The notes under the pieces: generated by a model | Databases searched by the model: none | The model's input: the letters and a program-made list of their open reading frames with translations, nothing else | Told to the model about the DNA's origin: nothing | IMG/VR virus record: IMGVR_UViG_3300042987_003051 | Coordinates: 1 to 64,000 of that record | Strand: one strand, 5' to 3' | From: a virus | Length of the DNA stretch: 64,000 bases | Shown: positions 34,828 to 44,601 of the stretch, piece by piece | Layout of the letters: every line of letters begins with the position of its first letter | How positions within the stretch are numbered: the stretch's first letter is position 1 | Made by a program: the position numbers and the translations under genes

Positions 34828-35058
34828 TGCATAATCACGATCATTCAACTTGTATTCATTTAATTCATATGTTAGTCTGTTGCTTGGTAGGACTCGGTAT
34901 TGGTTCCCTAGCAGTCTGGGGATATACTAAAATTAAAGAGAACAAAAATCATAACCCTTGATGGTAACTTAATATTAAAAATTAGTGTCATTTCTCTAAA
35001 TAATTAAAATGACATAATTCACATTATGTTAATAAAATTCCCATCGCTTAGAAAAATC

Positions 35059-35700
35059 ATGGCAAATTTCGCTGCTCGTGTACATAGAGTTATTTCTATT
35101 TTAAGAGGAGAGCATGAAGTTCTCCTTGCCGAAAATGCAGATCTTAGAGAAAGACTTGCTGCTGCTCTTGCCGCTGACGCTGCTGACGCTGCTGCTGTTG
35201 CTGCTGCTCAAGAGGAAGCAGCAACCGCCAGATCCGCTGCTGATGCCGCTGCTGCAGAATCTGCACGCCTTCAGGGTCTTGTAGATGCTGATGCTGCTGA
35301 GGACGCTGCTCTAGAAGAGGTTCTGAGATCCGTTGAGGAATCTCACGAAGAACCCGCTGCTCCTGCTGAAGAAGTAGTTGCTGAAGAAGCACCTGCTGCT
35401 GAAGAAGTAGTTGCTGAAGAAGCACCTGCTGCTGAAGAAGTAGTTGCTGAAGAAGCACCTGCTGCTGAAGAAGTAGTTGCTGAAGAACCCGCTGCTCCTG
35501 CTGAAGAAGTAGTTGCTGAAGAAGCACCTGCTGCTGAAGAAGCCGCTGCTCCTGCTGAAGAAGTAGTTGCTGAAGAAGCCGCTGCTCCTGCTGAAGAAGT
35601 AGTTGCTGAAGAAGCACCTGCTGCTGAAGAAGCACCTGCTGCTGAAGAAGCACCTGCTGCTGAAGAAGCACCTGCTGCTGAAGAAGTTGGCGAAGGTTAA
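35059..35700 (+). CDS. Ala/Glu/Pro-rich repeat protein
   Basis: Coiled-coil N-terminus; tandem EEVVAEEAPAA and EEAPAA repeats. Confidence 0.75.
   Translation: MANFAARVHRVISILRGEHEVLLAENADLRERLAAALAADAADAAAVAAAQEEAATARSAADAAAAESARLQGLVDADAAEDAALEEVLRSVEESHEEPAAPAEEVVAEEAPAAEEVVAEEAPAAEEVVAEEAPAAEEVVAEEPAAPAEEVVAEEAPAAEEAAAPAEEVVAEEAAAPAEEVVAEEAPAAEEAPAAEEAPAAEEAPAAEEVGEG
35347..35690 (+). repeat. Coding tandem repeats (about 33-36 nt and 18 nt units)
   Basis: GAAGAAGTAGTTGCTGAAGAAGCACCTGCTGCT units. Confidence 0.9.
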
Positions 35701-35775
35701 TATCTTCAATTCGTAATAAAATTACAATTTAAAATACAACTCCTTATAATTATTAAGGAGTTTTTTTGTTTTTAT

Positions 35776-35982
35776 ATGAAAAACGAGCACAAATGTTGGG
35801 ATTTTGTAATGTCTTCATTTGTAAGAACTTATGGACTTTCTAAAGTAATGAATGATCCAAAATTTCATATTGTAGCTTTGGAATGGTGTGATGATAATAA
35901 TTACGTTTGTGACATAAGTTTAGATAGTCTGGTTAAAGTTGATTCTTATTTTAAAAATGTATATGAAATGTGGGAAAACTAG
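35776..35982 (+). CDS. Hypothetical protein
   Basis: ORF track. Confidence 0.5.
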   Translation: MKNEHKCWDFVMSSFVRTYGLSKVMNDPKFHIVALEWCDDNNYVCDISLDSLVKVDSYFKNVYEMWEN

Positions 35983-36114
35983 ATGATTTCTTCAGAAACA
36001 CCTTATAAACTTGCAAGCATTATTCGTGATACTTGGCCTGGTATTTACAGTCCACCAAAAATGGTATATCATGAATGTTCTATAAATATTCCACAAAATT
36101 ATAATAAAAAAGTT

Positions 36115-36351
36115 ATGAAATTTACAGTTTATTCGAAAGATGGTTGCCCGTATTGCAGTAAAATAGAACAAGTATTAAAATTAGCAAATTTGGAACATGT
36201 AGTGTATAAACTTAATGATGATTTTAGTAGAGAACAATTTTATGCAGAATTCGGGCAGGGATCTACATTTCCTCAAGTGATTATGAATGATAAGCATATT
36301 GGTGGATGCACGGATACAGTTCAATACCTTAAGGAGCAAAAATTAGTTTAA
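36115..36351 (+). CDS. nrdC: Glutaredoxin
   Basis: CPYC, TFPQV, IGG. Confidence 0.9.
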   Translation: MKFTVYSKDGCPYCSKIEQVLKLANLEHVVYKLNDDFSREQFYAEFGQGSTFPQVIMNDKHIGGCTDTVQYLKEQKLV

Positions 36352-36379
36352 TATTAATCTTTCAGAAAACCTTGGAGAT

Positions 36380-36592
36380 ATGGGTATGTCGGAAGATCTT
36401 GGAAACAAAAAAACAGAACTAAATAAGTCAGAACCTCAAATTAATAGGGGTATTGAACTTTTACTTAGGAATAAAAGGAGGAGAGAATTAAAACCAAAAA
36501 CCTTTCAAGTGAAGTTTGGTAAAATGATTTCTTTCCTCAGTAGAGAGTATCATTTTTTTATAGAATTTCATTTTGATATTAGAAAAAAATAA
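36380..36592 (+). CDS. Hypothetical protein
   Basis: ORF track. Confidence 0.5.
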   Translation: MGMSEDLGNKKTELNKSEPQINRGIELLLRNKRRRELKPKTFQVKFGKMISFLSREYHFFIEFHFDIRKK

Positions 36593-36610
36593 ACTCTCTG
36601 GAGAAGGCAA

Positions 36611-36844
36611 ATGGAATCAGCATACGTAATAACATTCTCAGTAATGTTCACTTTGCTCTTTTTTATGGTCGGTGGTATAATAGGATGGCTGACTTATAGA
36701 CATTTGTTAGAATCAAGACCTCCTTATTTGCATCCTGAATTTTTTGATGAAAATGGTCAGATTATACCTGACGAAATAGTATCTGTAAGATTTGAAAATA
36801 GCGATTACGATTATGACGACAACGAAGACGAAGACGAAGATTGA
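36611..36844 (+). CDS. Hypothetical membrane protein
   Basis: TM helix followed by HPEFFDENG. Confidence 0.65.
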   Translation: MESAYVITFSVMFTLLFFMVGGIIGWLTYRHLLESRPPYLHPEFFDENGQIIPDEIVSVRFENSDYDYDDNEDEDED

Positions 36845-37385
36845 AACTACAAATGAAGAACTGCCAGTAAATCCATTTACATTTGAAGTTTTAAGTCTTG
36901 TCTCAAAACAAAGAACAAATGAAAAAAAAGTGGAAATACTTAAAAAGTATGAAGATCCATCATTAAAAACTATTTTAATTTGGAATTTTGATGAATCTAT
37001 TATTTCTCTCCTTCCAGAAGGTGAGGTTCCATATGCAAGTACAGGAGAACAAACATCTTATAGTGGAACTTTGACTTCTAAAATTGATGATGCAGTTTCA
37101 AAGATGGAAGAACTGAATTCTAACTCTTTAGGATCTATGGACCAAGGTCGTTCATCTATAAGAAAAGAATATCAAATGTTTTATAATTTCGTGAAAGGTG
37201 GAAATGATGGATTGAGTTCTCTTCGGAGAGAAACTATGTTTATTAATATTCTTCAGGGACTTCATCCACTTGAAGCAGAAATTTTATGCTTGGTTAAGGA
37301 TAAAAAACTTCAAACTAAATATAAGATAACTCACGAAATTGTAAAGGAAGCATATCCTGACATTCAGTGGGGTGGTCGCTCATGA
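36813..37385 (+). CDS. Conserved T4-like phage hypothetical protein
   Basis: LLPEGEVPY and RRETMFINILQGLHPLEAE motifs. Confidence 0.7.
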   Translation: MTTTKTKTKIETTNEELPVNPFTFEVLSLVSKQRTNEKKVEILKKYEDPSLKTILIWNFDESIISLLPEGEVPYASTGEQTSYSGTLTSKIDDAVSKMEELNSNSLGSMDQGRSSIRKEYQMFYNFVKGGNDGLSSLRRETMFINILQGLHPLEAEILCLVKDKKLQTKYKITHEIVKEAYPDIQWGGRS

Positions 37386-37720
37386 CAGTAACGGTAGGAG
37401 TTGAAAAAGATATGGCAGAAAAGTCTAAAAATGAAAAACCTATTCTGCCTCATGAATATGGATGTGAAATTATTTTAGAAAAAACTACCATCGAAAAGGC
37501 AAAAAATCCATCTTTTCCAAATGATGCCTATTTAATTTGGTATCTCGATGAAGGAAAAGAGTATGTCGATTTAACTCGCTGTCATAAAAAAGTTCAGTTA
37601 TTTGATATGTATTATGATAAATATGGTGCTGGAGCAGTTCAAAAAATTGACTTTGGATATGGAAGAGTGAATCCCAAACTTTGGGGATATAAACAACCTG
37701 AGAAAAAGAAAAGAAAATGA
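37382..37720 (+). CDS. Hypothetical protein
   Basis: ORF track. Confidence 0.6.
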   Translation: MTVTVGVEKDMAEKSKNEKPILPHEYGCEIILEKTTIEKAKNPSFPNDAYLIWYLDEGKEYVDLTRCHKKVQLFDMYYDKYGAGAVQKIDFGYGRVNPKLWGYKQPEKKKRK

Positions 37721-37929
37721 GTGCAGGATTTGGTGGACAAGGAAAAGAAAATAGAATTGGTAAGGATGCAAATATTACTATTGATTTAGATAATATTAAT
37801 GTTGTATTAAAAAAATATAAAAAAATTAAAAAGTATATGAAATCTCCTTTGTTTGCTGTTAAAACAATGGATGGTACAGAAAAGATTGTGAGTTCGTTGG
37901 TAAAGGAAGCGGAGGAAAATCCACTGTAA
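37717..37929 (+). CDS. Hypothetical protein
   Basis: ORF track. Confidence 0.55.
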   Translation: MSAGFGGQGKENRIGKDANITIDLDNINVVLKKYKKIKKYMKSPLFAVKTMDGTEKIVSSLVKEAEENPL

Positions 37930-37930
37930 A

Positions 37931-38257
37931 ATGGGGAAGCATTATCTACTTAATTTGTATGGATGCTCGTTTGTCCTTTTGGACGACGAGATTTGTCTTA
38001 AAGATTTACTTGAAAATGCAGCAGTAGCAAGCGGGGCAACAGTAGTTCAAACTATTTCAAAAAAGTTTTATCCCCAAGGAGTAACTGTACTCTGTTTATT
38101 GTCAGAAAGTCATATTAGTATTCATACATGGCCTGAAGAAGGTAAGGCAGCAGTAGATGTATATACTTGTGGTGATTGTAACCCCAAGATTGGATGTGAT
38201 ATTATCATCCAACAACTTTATGCAACTAATCATACTCTGAGTTACATAGAACGGTAA
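37931..38257 (+). CDS. speD: S-adenosylmethionine decarboxylase proenzyme
   Basis: LSESHISIHTWPE...DVYTCG. Confidence 0.93.
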   Translation: MGKHYLLNLYGCSFVLLDDEICLKDLLENAAVASGATVVQTISKKFYPQGVTVLCLLSESHISIHTWPEEGKAAVDVYTCGDCNPKIGCDIIIQQLYATNHTLSYIER

Positions 38258-38309
38258 CAAAAGATACAAAAGTTCTTGCATAAATTTAAAGAGATGCTAT
38301 AATGCATTT

Positions 38310-38406
38310 ACGTTCATCGGAGAAATCCGACGCAAGTAGGACGGCGGAACGGGACGTTCATTCGCTATTCGCAAATAGCGAACGCAAACCGCCCGAAGGA
38401 ACGGGA
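38310..38406 (+). ncRNA. Tandem glutamine riboswitch (glnA/Downstream-peptide type)
   Basis: Two CGTTCA-hairpin-CGCAA...GGAACGG units after a TTGCAT...TATAAT promoter. Confidence 0.78.
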
Positions 38407-38435
38407 CTAACCATCTCATTCTGGAGGAAATCCTA

Positions 38436-38594
38436 ATGTCAAAAGTCGTTTATAGAGGGTGTCCTTATGACACCGAGGATGCAAAAAAAGAGTATGTATC
38501 ATGGTATAACCAGACACATGCTCCGGCACATCCAAAAAACACATATCGTGGTTTAACATACCGTCCTTGCAATAATGCGGAGGTGGCAAAATGA
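38436..38594 (+). CDS. DUF4278-like YRG-motif peptide
   Basis: Manual translation MSKVVYRGCPY...TYRGLTY; GGAGG SD. Confidence 0.75.
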   Translation: MSKVVYRGCPYDTEDAKKEYVSWYNQTHAPAHPKNTYRGLTYRPCNNAEVAK

Positions 38595-38758
38595 ATACTT
38601 ATTTCGTTCGCTATCTCAAGAAAAAGGCAAAGAAAGAAAAACTTCTTAAGGATGCACAACTGAATATGGCAAAGCAACCTCAAGTTGCTTGATTTTAGAG
38701 AGGGACTTGACTCCCTCTCTTTTTTTATGTATAATGACCTTTGTGGAGGTTGATAAAG

Positions 38759-38995
38759 ATGGATAGAGAAAAGCTTAAGCTTATTATAAGAAACCTTGAG
38801 TCTCTTTTGGAATGTTTAAAATCAGAAGTATATTCTAATGTAGATTCATATAAACAAGAACCACGATATGAGGAGATTGTACATTACATTGACGATTATG
38901 ATGAGGTCTTTTATGATGAGGAAGATGACTTTGATTTACCAAACGTAAATAGAAAATACAAGATTACAAACGATGATGATGGAGATGGACTATGA
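38759..38995 (+). CDS. Hypothetical protein
   Basis: GGAGG SD; LKSEVYS motif. Confidence 0.65.
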   Translation: MDREKLKLIIRNLESLLECLKSEVYSNVDSYKQEPRYEEIVHYIDDYDEVFYDEEDDFDLPNVNRKYKITNDDDGDGL

Positions 38996-39744
38996 AACCA
39001 ATTAAATCAAAAGATCTACTAAAACTCGACAAAAGGCTTCAGGTTGTAAAACTTCAATGCTATCCAATTCCAGAGCAAGTTATTTGGCAGGCAGGAAAGG
39101 GTGATTACTCTGAAGTTCCTATTCACGAAGTTAAAGTTCCAAGTCATCAGGAATGTGGTGAATGGATTGTGGAGCAACTTCTTGCAAATGAAAGAGGTCA
39201 TTGGGGTCCATTAGAGCATCCGGGAATTACTTTTTCAGTGGCTGGATTTGTTCATAGTGTAATGGTTCAGTCAAGAACTCATCGTATTGGAACTTCTTGG
39301 GATGTTCAATCTCAACGTTATACTGGAAAGCGTGTAGTAAAAGTTGCAAAAAAAGAACTGGACATAGAAGATGTCTTCTATGTGCGTCCTGAGGGGTTCT
39401 ACACCAATCGTAAAGGTAAGAAGTATGAATGGACCGAAGGGCACCGTCAACGCAAGTTAGAGAGGATTCTGAGTGAGTGTGAGGAGTATGCTGATTACTA
39501 TGAGCAAGGAATGTGTGAAGAGCATATTCGCGACTATCTTCCTCAAGCAATACGTCAGAATTTTGTAGTATCATTTAATCTTCGTTCTGTTCTTCACTTT
39601 ATGGATCTTCGTTCAAAACTTGATGCACAGGTTGAAATACAAGCACTTTGCGATGCTTTTATGCCTGAACTTCAAAGGTGGGCGCCTAATGTTTGGAAGT
39701 ATTATGAGGAGAAGAGGCTTCATAAAGCACGATTGAGTCCCTAA
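38992..39744 (+). CDS. thyX: Flavin-dependent thymidylate synthase
   Basis: GHWGPLEH, RTHR...SQRY, NLRS..HF..LRS. Confidence 0.93.
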   Translation: MKPIKSKDLLKLDKRLQVVKLQCYPIPEQVIWQAGKGDYSEVPIHEVKVPSHQECGEWIVEQLLANERGHWGPLEHPGITFSVAGFVHSVMVQSRTHRIGTSWDVQSQRYTGKRVVKVAKKELDIEDVFYVRPEGFYTNRKGKKYEWTEGHRQRKLERILSECEEYADYYEQGMCEEHIRDYLPQAIRQNFVVSFNLRSVLHFMDLRSKLDAQVEIQALCDAFMPELQRWAPNVWKYYEEKRLHKARLSP

Positions 39745-40009
39745 TATGCCGAAATAAAAGAAAAAGTCACTCTGGATATGTTTGGAAATATGTGATATAA
39801 TAATTTTTATTTAAAAAATAAAATGAAAAGTTGGTGCATCAAAGATCATTTAACTGGACATATATTCAAAATTCTTTTAAGTGAAGAGGACTTTCAAAAA
39901 TTTCTCAAAGAAAATCCAGATGTGGATGAATGTATTGATTGTGTAGAGTGCGATGATGCACCTTCAATTACTATTGAATAAATATTCCCATATAAAATGG
40001 AGGTTAGCA

Positions 40010-40258
40010 TTGGCAACGTATCCGGTTATCAATAAACAAACTGGTGAACAAAAAGAAATTACAATGAGTGTTCACGATTGGGACCAGTGGAAGAAAGACA
40101 ATCCAGAATGGGATAGAGATTGGTCTGATCCATCAACCTGTCCTGCTTCGGGTGAAGTTGGTGAAATTTATGATCGACTTAAAAAATCTCACCCAGGATG
40201 GAACAATGTCTTACATAAAGCTTCAAAGGTTCCTGGATCAAAAGTAAAACCAATTTAA
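40010..40258 (+). CDS. Hypothetical protein (FmdB-like)
   Basis: TTG start after GGAGG; ATYPVINKQTGE. Confidence 0.6.
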   Translation: MATYPVINKQTGEQKEITMSVHDWDQWKKDNPEWDRDWSDPSTCPASGEVGEIYDRLKKSHPGWNNVLHKASKVPGSKVKPI

Positions 40259-40265
40259 TTTTTAT

Positions 40266-41021
40266 ATGGCAAGAAGAAATAGGAAAGAAGACCATCCAAT
40301 TGGTGTTGGAATGACTGCAAGGCAAATGAAGCGCAAGAAACCAATTAGTTCTGATTTGATGAGAGATATTGAACCTCTTACAGAAAATCAAACACGACTT
40401 TATCAAGCATACGAAAAAGGGCAGCATATTGTTGCTTATGGATGTGCTGGAACAGGTAAAACTTTTATTACCTTGTATAATGCTCTTCAAGATGTACTTG
40501 ATGAGAGAAGCCCTTACGAAAAAATATACATTGTAAGGTCTCTTGTTGCCACTCGTGAAATTGGTTTTCTTCCTGGAGACCATGAAGATAAGTCTTCACT
40601 TTACCAAATCCCGTACAAGAATATGGTAAAGTATATGTTTACCCCACAAGATGAAGCGGCTGCTGAAATGCTTTATGGTAATCTCAAAACTCAAGGAACG
40701 ATTAGTTTTTGGAGCACTTCTTTTATTCGCGGAACTACTTTAGATAAAAGTATTATCATCGTTGATGAATTTCAAAACTTGAACTTTCACGAACTTGATA
40801 GTATAATTACTCGTGTAGGTGAAAATAGTAAGATTATGTTCTGTGGTGATGCCACTCAATCTGATCTTATCAAAACGAATGAAAAGAACGGAATCGTTGA
40901 TTTTATGAAAATTCTTCGTATGATGCCTTCAATTGATATTATTGAATTTGGAGTTGACGATATTGTTCGTTCTGGATTTGTAAAGGAATATATTCTTGCT
41001 AAAATGGAAGTTGGTGTATGA
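40266..41021 (+). CDS. phoH: PhoH-like ATPase
   Basis: GCAGTGKT, GFLPG, RGTTL, DEFQN, GDATQSD. Confidence 0.95.
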   Translation: MARRNRKEDHPIGVGMTARQMKRKKPISSDLMRDIEPLTENQTRLYQAYEKGQHIVAYGCAGTGKTFITLYNALQDVLDERSPYEKIYIVRSLVATREIGFLPGDHEDKSSLYQIPYKNMVKYMFTPQDEAAAEMLYGNLKTQGTISFWSTSFIRGTTLDKSIIIVDEFQNLNFHELDSIITRVGENSKIMFCGDATQSDLIKTNEKNGIVDFMKILRMMPSIDIIEFGVDDIVRSGFVKEYILAKMEVGV

Positions 41022-41698
41022 GTTTTGTTCATCATAATTTTTTAGGTGATCTTGAATTAGAAAAAGACGATACAAAACAATTTAGATTGTATCGTCTTCC
41101 AAATAACCAATGGGTGCCTTCAATTACTTCGGTTACTTCATTCTATAATCGTCAAATTTTCATTGATTGGAAAAAGCGTGTAGGACTTGAAGAAGCAAAT
41201 CGGATTACTAAAAAGGCAACAGCAAGAGGAACGGATTTTCACCAAGTTTGTCAAGATTATCTTGAAAACAAAGAACTTATCTGGGAAAGTTATCAACCTC
41301 TGACAAAGATTATGTTTCATCACGCGAAACCATATCTTGATAAGATAAATAATATTCACGCGATTGAAAGAACTTTATACTCTGAATATTATGGACTTGC
41401 GGGAAGAGTTGACTGTATTGCAGAATACGAAGGAGAATTAGCAGTCATTGACTTTAAAACTTCAGAAAAAATTAAACCTGAAGAATGGATTGAAAATTAT
41501 TTTGTTCAGGAAATGTTTTATGCTGCTGCTTATTATGAGCGGACTGGACAAATCGTTAAAAAACTCATCACATTAATGGTTACTCCAACTGGCGAAGTCA
41601 AGGTGTTTGACAAAAGAAACAAAGGAGATTATATTAAGTTATTAGTTCGCTACGTTAAAGAATTTGTACATCACAATATTAGGTCAGATGGAGAATGA
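41018..41698 (+). CDS. PD-(D/E)XK exonuclease
   Basis: PSITSV, RGT.FH, AGRVD, IDFKTS, Q...Y. Confidence 0.88.
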   Translation: MSFVHHNFLGDLELEKDDTKQFRLYRLPNNQWVPSITSVTSFYNRQIFIDWKKRVGLEEANRITKKATARGTDFHQVCQDYLENKELIWESYQPLTKIMFHHAKPYLDKINNIHAIERTLYSEYYGLAGRVDCIAEYEGELAVIDFKTSEKIKPEEWIENYFVQEMFYAAAYYERTGQIVKKLITLMVTPTGEVKVFDKRNKGDYIKLLVRYVKEFVHHNIRSDGE

Positions 41699-41945
41699 AT
41701 TAGAGAAAGCACTAGAAAGTAAATTTTATTGCCCCTCTAAGTTCGCACAAGAGATTGAAAATCTTGTACATATTAATACAGATATGAATTATATTGATGC
41801 AATTATTCATTTTTGTGAAGAAAACAATATTGATTTAGAATCAGTTCCCAAATTGATTTCAAAACCTTTGAAAGAAAAAATTAAGTATGAAGCAATGGAA
41901 TTAAACTTTTTGAAAAAAACTTCCCGTGCCAAATTGGTTTTTTAA
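41688..41945 (+). CDS. gp33: Late transcription coactivator gp33
   Basis: YIDAI...LKEKIKYEAMELNFL. Confidence 0.88.
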   Translation: MENELEKALESKFYCPSKFAQEIENLVHINTDMNYIDAIIHFCEENNIDLESVPKLISKPLKEKIKYEAMELNFLKKTSRAKLVF

Positions 41946-42541
41946 TGGCACCATTTGATTGTTATAAAATTTATCTTGCATTAAAAAATCATTTCACTAA
42001 AGATAACTACGATTACTTTAAGTATTGCGGAAAATCCAGAGCATCTATTCAATCTTTCTATAAACGAAAAGATAGATTTTGGTTTGAAAAGATTTCCCGC
42101 CAAAAATCAGATAAAGAAATTTTAGATTTTTTTGTTTCTAATTTTGTTTCTTGTAATGACCCCGAATCTTTGTGGATAGGTGAAATAATTAAAGAAGGAG
42201 AGAGTAGATACAAGGAGTGGCAGAAAAAAATTCAATCACTTTCTTATATTTTCAAACAAGAAAGCAAATCTTTATTTGAAGAAAATAAATTTGAAACTAT
42301 TTTTGAATGTTTAAAAGGACACCCAGTTCTTCTTAAACAATATTTGAGCGGTAACATATCTTTAGAGACTATAGTTCTTTATGATAAAATTTTTGAATAC
42401 TCAAAAAAATTTGATAAAAAACTTCTAGATCCTGTGTGGGAAACCGTCAGTCGTAGAATTAAAAAATATAAACCCTTTCTAAATATTGATGTATTTCAAT
42501 ATCGTAAAATTTTGAAGCAAATTATTTTGGAGGATCAATGA
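41945..42541 (+). CDS. gp59: Helicase loader gp59
   Basis: YLALKNHF...YDYFKY...FYKRKDRFWF. Confidence 0.88.
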   Translation: MAPFDCYKIYLALKNHFTKDNYDYFKYCGKSRASIQSFYKRKDRFWFEKISRQKSDKEILDFFVSNFVSCNDPESLWIGEIIKEGESRYKEWQKKIQSLSYIFKQESKSLFEENKFETIFECLKGHPVLLKQYLSGNISLETIVLYDKIFEYSKKFDKKLLDPVWETVSRRIKKYKPFLNIDVFQYRKILKQIILEDQ

Positions 42542-42882
42542 GTTTCTTTAGTTCGGAAGTCGTCCGTGCAGAGATGACTGAAATTGCGGAACTTCAAGAA
42601 CAAGTTTATGCAAATGTATTTAAATTTCCCTCAATGAGTAAAGAGGAAAAACTAGAACATGTTAAAGTTCTAGAGAAACTTTTAGATAAACAAAAAATTC
42701 TTTATACAAGAATGAGTTTATCTGATGATCCTGAGGCAGTTGAAATGAAAGAATGTATTGTTAATTCTGCAATTGGTATGGGTATGCCTCCTGGAACAGA
42801 TATGAATATCATTTTGAATAATATGTCTAAAATGCTTGATAATATGAAAACTCAGATTGACAAGACAGGTTCCGACCTGTAG
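42538..42882 (+). CDS. DUF1825-like protein
   Basis: MSFFSSEVV...RMSLSDDPEA. Confidence 0.75.
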   Translation: MSFFSSEVVRAEMTEIAELQEQVYANVFKFPSMSKEEKLEHVKVLEKLLDKQKILYTRMSLSDDPEAVEMKECIVNSAIGMGMPPGTDMNIILNNMSKMLDNMKTQIDKTGSDL

Positions 42883-42929
42883 AATATTGAAGTACACAAA
42901 GGCCAAATCTCAACAAATACGAGGTACAA

Positions 42930-43877
42930 ATGTCATTCCAAAATCTTAAAAAGCAATCTTCTCTTGGTTCACTGACTGAAAAACTTGTAAAGCAAGTTGA
43001 AAAAATGAGTGCCACTTCTAGTGGTCCTGATGAGCGTTTCTGGAAACCAGAAATGGGTAAAGATGGTGTCGGATCTGCAGTAATTCGTTTCCTGCCCGCA
43101 CCAGAAGGTGAAGAACTTCCTTGGACAAAAATGTATTCACACGCTTTCCAAGGACCTGGTGGATGGTATATTGAGAATTCACTTACTACAGTTGGTCAAA
43201 AAGATCCTGTGAGTGAATACAATCGTGGACTGTGGAATAGCGGTAGCGAGAAAGATAAGGATACTGTTCGTAAGCAAAAGCGTAAACTCTCTTATTACAG
43301 CAATATCTACGTCGTCAAGGATCCTGCAAATCCAGCAAACGAAGGTAAAGTTTTTCTTTTCAAGTACGGTAAGAAAATCTTTGATAAAATTCTGAATGCA
43401 ATGCAACCAGAATTTGATGATGAAGATCCAATCAATCCTTTTGACTTCTGGCAAGGTGCAAACTTCAAGATCAAAATTGTGAAGAAGGATGGTTACTGGA
43501 ACTATGATAAGTCTGAGTTTGATCGTGTAGCACCACTTCTTGATGATGACGATGCACTTGAAGCAATTTGGAAGAAAGAATATTCTCTGACTGCAATCAG
43601 TGCTCCTGATCAATTCAAGACATACGAAGAACTTGAGCGTCGTATGAATTACGTTCTTGGACTTAGTGAAACAAATACTCCTACTAAGTCCCGTGCTGTG
43701 ATTGAGCAAGAAGATGAGTTCGAATCTTATTCTTCTACTCCAAGTCGTGAAGAGCGAGTAATGGAAGAACTTGAAGAGTCTTACAATCGTAGTAAGTCTC
43801 CTTCACTTCCTAAAATTACTTCTGATGATGACGATGAAGATGATGCTCTTGCTTATTTTTCCCGTCTTGCTGAATAA
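42930..43877 (+). CDS. gp32: Single-stranded DNA-binding protein gp32
   Basis: DERFWK, AVIRFLP, WYIENS, acidic tail. Confidence 0.96.
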   Translation: MSFQNLKKQSSLGSLTEKLVKQVEKMSATSSGPDERFWKPEMGKDGVGSAVIRFLPAPEGEELPWTKMYSHAFQGPGGWYIENSLTTVGQKDPVSEYNRGLWNSGSEKDKDTVRKQKRKLSYYSNIYVVKDPANPANEGKVFLFKYGKKIFDKILNAMQPEFDDEDPINPFDFWQGANFKIKIVKKDGYWNYDKSEFDRVAPLLDDDDALEAIWKKEYSLTAISAPDQFKTYEELERRMNYVLGLSETNTPTKSRAVIEQEDEFESYSSTPSREERVMEELEESYNRSKSPSLPKITSDDDDEDDALAYFSRLAE

Positions 43878-43880
43878 TTT

Positions 43881-44600
43881 TTATTCATAAAGACGAATAT
43901 TATCTCCCTTCTTAAGGTTCTCAGAAACATATTGCTGAGAACCTTTTTTGTATGGCATTATATCATCCATATCATTGAATATAATATTTAAATATCTTGG
44001 TTTAAGAATGTAAATATTTCTTTTGTTTTCTTCAATGGTATTTTCATATTCATAATTTGTAATGGGTTTTATGAATGAAGATGATGGAACTTGAACGACA
44101 TATTCAAGTCCTTGGTCCCAATATTCATAGTAATAAGAAGTGTCATTTTTTATAAAGTTACCGTTAGTTTCCCAGGTAGGACTCATTTTTAATCCACCAG
44201 CAAGAACAGTAATTCCTAATGAGTTTTTAATTTCTTCAGTTTCATAGTGATGAATTCCATTGTACAGGTTGTCATATGAATTATATTTTTCCAATAAAAA
44301 TTCATCGAAAGTTTTTTGCGTCATTGGCCACTCTGATTGAATATTCAAAATATTATTGGAAAGAAGAATAACCCAATCTAATGTTGAATCATCGTAAAAT
44401 TTATAAGCGACATTATCAGGTCTTTCATCTCCGATGATTGAATACTTTTCAAAGAATGCAAGGTTTCCAAAAATGTCTTCACGAAGTTTTCCCCTCTTAA
44501 ATAAATTTTTTACAGGAATATAATCAGAGATATATTGTTCTCCTTTATTGCGAGAAACATATTCAAAGTTTGGAACTTGTCTGAAGTATGGCTTGGTCAT
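43881..44600 (-). CDS. gp53: Baseplate wedge gp53
   Basis: RPDNVAYKFY...WVILLSNNI...WP; HHYE. Confidence 0.9.
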   Translation of the reverse strand: MTKPYFRQVPNFEYVSRNKGEQYISDYIPVKNLFKRGKLREDIFGNLAFFEKYSIIGDERPDNVAYKFYDDSTLDWVILLSNNILNIQSEWPMTQKTFDEFLLEKYNSYDNLYNGIHHYETEEIKNSLGITVLAGGLKMSPTWETNGNFIKNDTSYYYEYWDQGLEYVVQVPSSSFIKPITNYEYENTIEENKRNIYILKPRYLNIIFNDMDDIMPYKKGSQQYVSENLKKGDNIRLYE

Positions 44601-44601
44601 T

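Noticed and set aside
35144-35709. Poly-Q/L and F/S-rich minus-strand ORFs
   Set aside because: They are antisense shadows of the GAA/GCT coding repeat
41018-41698. Cas4 / CRISPR adaptation gene
   Set aside because: No Fe-S cysteine cluster; it occupies the usual exonuclease position between phoH and gp33
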